Source: Chitinophagales bacterium (GTDB lineage Bacteria; Bacteroidota; Bacteroidia; Chitinophagales; LD1). Taken from it: DNA of 64,000 bases. This document shows, piece after piece, positions 60,046-64,000 of this stretch. A model generated the notes under the pieces. It worked only from the letters and a program-made list of their open reading frames with translations. It did no database searches and was not told the DNA's origin. The position numbers and the translations under genes are program-made. Position 1 is the first letter of the stretch. Every line of letters begins with the position of its first letter. Where the stretch lies: the NCBI GenBank assembly GCA_026129525.1, contig JAHCHW010000006.1, positions 64,705 through 128,704 on the forward strand. The letters are read 5' to 3'.

Positions 60046-60513
60046 ATGAGAAAGAAAAAAGCACCCAAGCGCTACGTTCAACCCGACCCAAAGTTTGGCG
60101 ATGTAATGGTTACCCAGTTTGTTAACCGTATGATGTACGAAGGCGGAAAGTCAACCGCTTACGATGTGTTTTACAACGCTATTGCATTAGTGGAAGACCG
60201 CGCTAAGGAAAATGGATTGGAAGTTTGGAAAAAGGCGTTGCAAAACGTTGGTCCTTCGGTAGAAGTACGCTCACGCAGAATTGGAGGAGCTAACTTTCAG
60301 ATTCCTACCGAAGTGCGTGGCGAGAAGAAAGTTTCAACGGCTATGAAGTGGATTATCCAATACAGCCGCGAGCGCAACGGAAAGTCAATGGCAGATAAAT
60401 TGGCTTCGGAAATTGTAGCCGCTTCAAAAGGTGAAGGCGGAGCTTTCAAAAAGAAAGAAGACACGCACCGTATGGCAGAAGCCAACAAAGCATTTGCTCA
60501 CTTTAAGTTCTAA
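60046..60513 (+). CDS. rpsG: 30S ribosomal protein S7
   Basis: PDPKFGDVMVTQFVNRMMYEGGKS... is a canonical S7 sequence. Confidence 0.97.
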   Translation: MRKKKAPKRYVQPDPKFGDVMVTQFVNRMMYEGGKSTAYDVFYNAIALVEDRAKENGLEVWKKALQNVGPSVEVRSRRIGGANFQIPTEVRGEKKVSTAMKWIIQYSRERNGKSMADKLASEIVAASKGEGGAFKKKEDTHRMAEANKAFAHFKF

Positions 60514-60542
60514 AACTTTAAACGAGCTTCAAAAAATAAGTA

Positions 60543-60566
60543 TCCCGCTGCGTGCGGGACTTTTTT
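60543..60566 (+). terminator. intrinsic terminator/attenuator hairpin between rpsG and fusA
   Basis: TCCCGC-TGCGT-GCGGGA (60543-60559), followed by CTTTTTTATT. Confidence 0.6.
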
Positions 60567-60601
60567 ATTAAAAAGGAACACTAAGAACAGGAAACAATAA
60601 A

Positions 60602-62713
60602 ATGGGAAAAGATTTAAGCTACACGCGGAACATTGGAATTGCAGCACATATTGATGCCGGTAAAACAACTACTACCGAGCGTATTTTGTATTACACCGGT
60701 GTAAACTACAAAATTGGTGAAGTGCACGAAGGTGCCGCTACTATGGACTGGATGGAACAGGAACAGGAGCGTGGTATTACCATTACTTCGGCTGCTACCC
60801 GTTGTTCATGGACATGGAAAGACAAAAAATACGACATCAACATTATTGACACTCCCGGACACGTTGATTTTACCGTAGAGGTAAACCGTTCGCTCCGCGT
60901 ATTGGATGGTTTGGTGTTTTTGTTCTCTGCAGTGGATGGCGTAGAGCCTCAGTCAGAAACCAACTGGCGTTTAGCTGATAATTACCATGTTGCCCGTCTT
61001 GGTTTTGTAAACAAAATGGACCGTCAGGGTGCTGACTTCTTTAATGTAGTGAAGCAAGTAAATACCATGTTGGGTTCTGTCCCTATGGTAATGCAAATTC
61101 CTATTGGTAACGAAGAGAACTTTAAAGGAGTTGTTGATCTTATCACCAACGAGGCAATCATTTGGAATGAAGAAGACAAAGGAATGACTCATAAGGTAAT
61201 TGACATTCCTGCCGAGCTGGTAGATGAAGTAAAAGAATACCGCGAAAAAATGCTGGAGCAGGTAGCGGAGTTTGACGATACCTTAATGGAAAAATATTTT
61301 GCCGACCCTAACTCTATTACTGCCGATGAAATTCGCGCAGCGGTTCGCCAGGCGGTAATTGCACAGAAAGTGGTGCCAATGTATTGCGGCTCTTCTTTCA
61401 AAAACAAAGGTGTGCAGGCAGTGTTGGATGCAGTGTGTGCTATTCTTCCTTCGCCACAGGATAAAAAAGAAGTAAAAGGAATTAACCCTGATACAGAAGA
61501 AGAAATTTCAAGAAAACCGGATACCGATGAGCCTTTTGCGGCATTGGCGTTTAAAATTGCAACCGACCCGTTTGTTGGTCGTTTGGCATACTTCCGCGTT
61601 TACTCGGGTGGGTTAGATGCAGGTTCTTATGTATTGAATACCCGTTCCGGAAAGAAAGAGCGTATCTCTCGCTTGTTCCAAATGCACGCTAACAAGCAAA
61701 ATTCGGTAGAGCGTGTAGAAGCCGGTGATATTGCCGCAGCGGTAGGTTTCAAAGAAATTCGCACAGGCGATACGCTTTGCGATGAAAAGCATCCTATTGT
61801 TCTGGAAAGTATGAAATTCCCTGAGCCGGTTATCTCATTGGCTATTGAGCCAAAGGCGCAGAAGGATATGGATAAACTGGGTATGAGTTTGGCGAAGTTG
61901 GCTGAAGAAGACCCTACGTTCAAAGTATCGTTCGATGAGCAAACCGGACAAACTATTATTGCCGGTATGGGCGAATTGCACTTAGAGATTTTGATTGACC
62001 GCCTTCGCAGAGAATTTAAAGTAGAATGTAACCAGGGTGCACCTCAGGTTAACTACAAAGAGCGCTTAACTAAAACAATCGAACACCGCGAGCAATACAA
62101 AAAGCAAACGGGTGGTCGCGGTAAGTTTGCCGATATTAAAATTGAAATAGGACCTGCCGATGAAGGACAGGTTGGTCTTCAGTTTATCAACGATATTTTC
62201 GGAGGAGCTATTCCAAAAGAATTTATACCACCGGTTGAGAAAGGATTTAAAGAAGCGATGAAAACAGGTGTGTTAGCCGGTTACGAATTGGATAGTTTGA
62301 AAGTTCGTTTGTTCGATGGCTCGTTCCACCAGGTTGACTCCGATGCCCTTTCGTTTGAATTGTGCGCCAAGTTAGCTTTCAGAACTGCGGCTAAAATGTG
62401 TAAGCCTGTATTGTTGGAGCCAATTATGAAGGTAGAAGTTATTACACCCGAAGAAAACACCGGTGATGTAGTAGGTGACCTTAACCGCAGAAGAGGTTTG
62501 GTAGAAGGTATGGAAGCCAAAGTGAATGCACAGGTTATTAAGGCGAAGGTGCCGTTGAGCGAAATGTTCGGATACGTTACGCAGTTGAGAACTATTACTT
62601 CCGGTCGTGCTACTTCGGTAATGGAGTTTCACAGTTTCCAACCGGCACCTGAAAACGTAGCTGCTACCGTAGTAGCTAAAAACTCAGGCAAATTGAAATT
62701 AGAAGAAGCATAA
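60602..62713 (+). CDS. fusA: translation elongation factor G
   Basis: [24 protein letters not shown] and DTPGHVDF GTPase motifs. 703 aa. Confidence 0.97.
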   Translation: MGKDLSYTRNIGIAAHIDAGKTTTTERILYYTGVNYKIGEVHEGAATMDWMEQEQERGITITSAATRCSWTWKDKKYDINIIDTPGHVDFTVEVNRSLRVLDGLVFLFSAVDGVEPQSETNWRLADNYHVARLGFVNKMDRQGADFFNVVKQVNTMLGSVPMVMQIPIGNEENFKGVVDLITNEAIIWNEEDKGMTHKVIDIPAELVDEVKEYREKMLEQVAEFDDTLMEKYFADPNSITADEIRAAVRQAVIAQKVVPMYCGSSFKNKGVQAVLDAVCAILPSPQDKKEVKGINPDTEEEISRKPDTDEPFAALAFKIATDPFVGRLAYFRVYSGGLDAGSYVLNTRSGKKERISRLFQMHANKQNSVERVEAGDIAAAVGFKEIRTGDTLCDEKHPIVLESMKFPEPVISLAIEPKAQKDMDKLGMSLAKLAEEDPTFKVSFDEQTGQTIIAGMGELHLEILIDRLRREFKVECNQGAPQVNYKERLTKTIEHREQYKKQTGGRGKFADIKIEIGPADEGQVGLQFINDIFGGAIPKEFIPPVEKGFKEAMKTGVLAGYELDSLKVRLFDGSFHQVDSDALSFELCAKLAFRTAAKMCKPVLLEPIMKVEVITPEENTGDVVGDLNRRRGLVEGMEAKVNAQVIKAKVPLSEMFGYVTQLRTITSGRATSVMEFHSFQPAPENVAATVVAKNSGKLKLEEA

Positions 62714-62746
62714 TTCATTTAACTAACCAATAAACGTTCTTTCAAA

Positions 62747-63052
62747 ATGAACCAGCGAATCAGAATCAAGCTAAAAAGCTACGACCACAATCTCGTTGAC
62801 AAGAGTGCCGAGAAAATTGTGAAAACCGTGAAGAACACAGGCGCTTATGTAAGCGGTCCGGTGCCTCTTCCCACACACAAAAAGATTTTTACTGTTAACC
62901 GTTCTCCGCACGTGAACAACAACAGTAAGGAGCAGTTTCAGCTTTGCACCTACAAGCGTTTGATTGATATTTTATCATCGAACTCTAAAACTGTTGATGC
63001 GTTGATGAAACTCGAACTTCCCAGCGGTGTGGAAGTAGAAATTAAAGCGTAA
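62747..63052 (+). CDS. rpsJ: 30S ribosomal protein S10
   Basis: [21 protein letters not shown]... is a canonical S10 sequence. Confidence 0.97.
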   Translation: MNQRIRIKLKSYDHNLVDKSAEKIVKTVKNTGAYVSGPVPLPTHKKIFTVNRSPHVNNNSKEQFQLCTYKRLIDILSSNSKTVDALMKLELPSGVEVEIKA

Positions 63053-63078
63053 GCAACGGAAAGTATTTATTCATTTAT

Positions 63079-63100
63079 GATCCCGATAACTATCGGGATC
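63079..63100. repeat. perfect palindrome/hairpin in the rpsJ-rplC spacer
   Basis: GATCCCGATA-AC-TATCGGGATC. Confidence 0.8.
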
Positions 63101-63117
63101 CTCTAAAACTCAATATC

Positions 63118-63732
63118 ATGAAAGGATTAGTAGGAAAAAAAGTGGGAATGACCAGCGTGTTCGACAACGGAAAGCATACAGCCGTTACTGTTGTTGAAGC
63201 GGGACCTTGTGTTATTACCCAAATTAAAACCGTTGAAAACGATGGTTACTATGCTACACAGGTAGCGTTTGACGACAAAAAGGAAAAGCAAACACCTAAG
63301 GCATTGCTTGGTCATTTTAAAAAGGCAAATACAACGCCTAAAAGAAAGGTACACGAGTTCCGCGATTACGATTTCGGAAAAGCAGTAGGCGAAGCAATTA
63401 CTGTTGCAGTTTTTGAAGAAGGCGATTTGGTAAACGTAATCGGCACTTCGAAAGGAAAAGGTTTTCAGGGCGTGGTAAAGCGCCACGGCTTTAGCGGAGT
63501 AGGTATGGGTTCGCACGGTCAGCACGATCGTCAGCGTGCTCCCGGTTCGGTAGGAGCTTCTTCCGATCCTTCACGCGTTCTTCCGGGTATGCGTATGGCA
63601 GGAAGAATGGGCGGTAACCGCGTAGAAACACTCAACCTTAAAGTGGTAAAAGTATTGCCTGAGCAGAATTTACTGCTTATTTCAGGTTCAATACCCGGAG
63701 CTATAGGCTCGTATGTAATTATTGAAGGGTAA
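63118..63732 (+). CDS. rplC: 50S ribosomal protein L3
   Basis: [13 protein letters not shown]...[13 protein letters not shown] is a canonical L3 sequence. Confidence 0.97.
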   Translation: MKGLVGKKVGMTSVFDNGKHTAVTVVEAGPCVITQIKTVENDGYYATQVAFDDKKEKQTPKALLGHFKKANTTPKRKVHEFRDYDFGKAVGEAITVAVFEEGDLVNVIGTSKGKGFQGVVKRHGFSGVGMGSHGQHDRQRAPGSVGASSDPSRVLPGMRMAGRMGGNRVETLNLKVVKVLPEQNLLLISGSIPGAIGSYVIIEG

Positions 63733-63784
63733 TACATTTCCGCAACTAATTTGCGGGAGTGGTCCCGATAAAGGAAAGGAAAGG

Positions 63785-63815
63785 TCCCGCCTGCGAAAGC
63801 AAGGCGGGATTTTTT
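63785..63815 (+). terminator. intrinsic terminator downstream of rplC
   Basis: TCCCGCCTGC-GAAA-GCAAGGCGGGA (10 bp with one bulge and a GAAA loop), followed by TTTTTT. The T run overlaps the stop codon of the convergent LytTR gene. Confidence 0.8.
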
Positions 63816-64000
63816 ATTGTAGCTTTTCCAACAGCAAGGTTGCCTTCTCAGGTGAAACAGGAATCAAGTAATCCATTATTACTGCCTGTAAAACCCCATC
63901 GGCTTTGTTAATGGAACTTACAAACTCTGTATTGATGATGTATGATTTTTGTGCACGGATAAAATGTGGTTGGTCGTCCAGCATTTCCTCAAACTGCTTT
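63814..64000 (-). CDS. LytTR-type DNA-binding domain protein, C-terminal fragment
   Basis: My own reverse translation gives ...KQFEEMLDDQPHFIRAQKSYIINTEFVSSINKADGVLQAVIMDYLIPVSPEKATLLLEKLQ*. The F.R..KSYI.N...V.......G......L..G..IPVS pattern is characteristic of LytTR. The stop codon is TAA at 63816-63814. Confidence 0.65.
   Translation of the reverse strand, partial: KQFEEMLDDQPHFIRAQKSYIINTEFVSSINKADGVLQAVIMDYLIPVSPEKATLLLEKLQ

Overview
This is a densely coding, mostly housekeeping chromosomal segment of a Bacteroidota-type genome. The taxonomic call rests on T9SS type-A and type-B C-terminal sorting domains, a PorP/SprF gene, TAnnTTTG-type -7 boxes and very short intergenic spacers. Recognisable content, in order: crcB; a T9SS type-B cargo plus PorP/SprF pair; argS divergent from an arginine decarboxylase; and a large divergent heme-biosynthesis cluster (hemH-hemN on the minus strand, hemA-C-D-E-B-L on the plus strand). 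Next come deoC, secA, purD and a GT2 / unknown / GT-C-like glycosylation operon. These are followed by three related Cys-rich T9SS cargo genes divergent from a TonB-dependent receptor, a UvrD/PcrA helicase, PaiB, an M50 protease, DAHP synthase/chorismate mutase, a GMC oxidoreductase and an orphan PAS histidine kinase. The window ends with ligA and phhB bracketed by two nucleotidyltransferase-type toxin-antitoxin-like cassettes, then rpsL-rpsG-fusA-rpsJ-rplC. I found no rRNA, tRNA, CRISPR array, transposase or integrase. Nothing here is a clear-cut large novel system. The best candidates for follow-up are: (1) an uncharacterised minimal-NTase plus 68-aa cassette with two palindromic operators; (2) a gene-free 325-bp convergent spacer that ends in a strong plus-strand terminator, a possible sRNA; (3) a two-copy long hairpin repeat family in the argS/speA and hemB/hemL spacers; (4) 15-bp direct repeats in the divergent hem promoter region; (5) the ribosomal S10 operon cut off after rplC by a terminator and a convergent LytTR gene; (6) the GT2 / unknown / GT-C operon and the Cys-rich T9SS cargo array. 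All function calls come from reading motifs in the supplied translations. No database search was possible.
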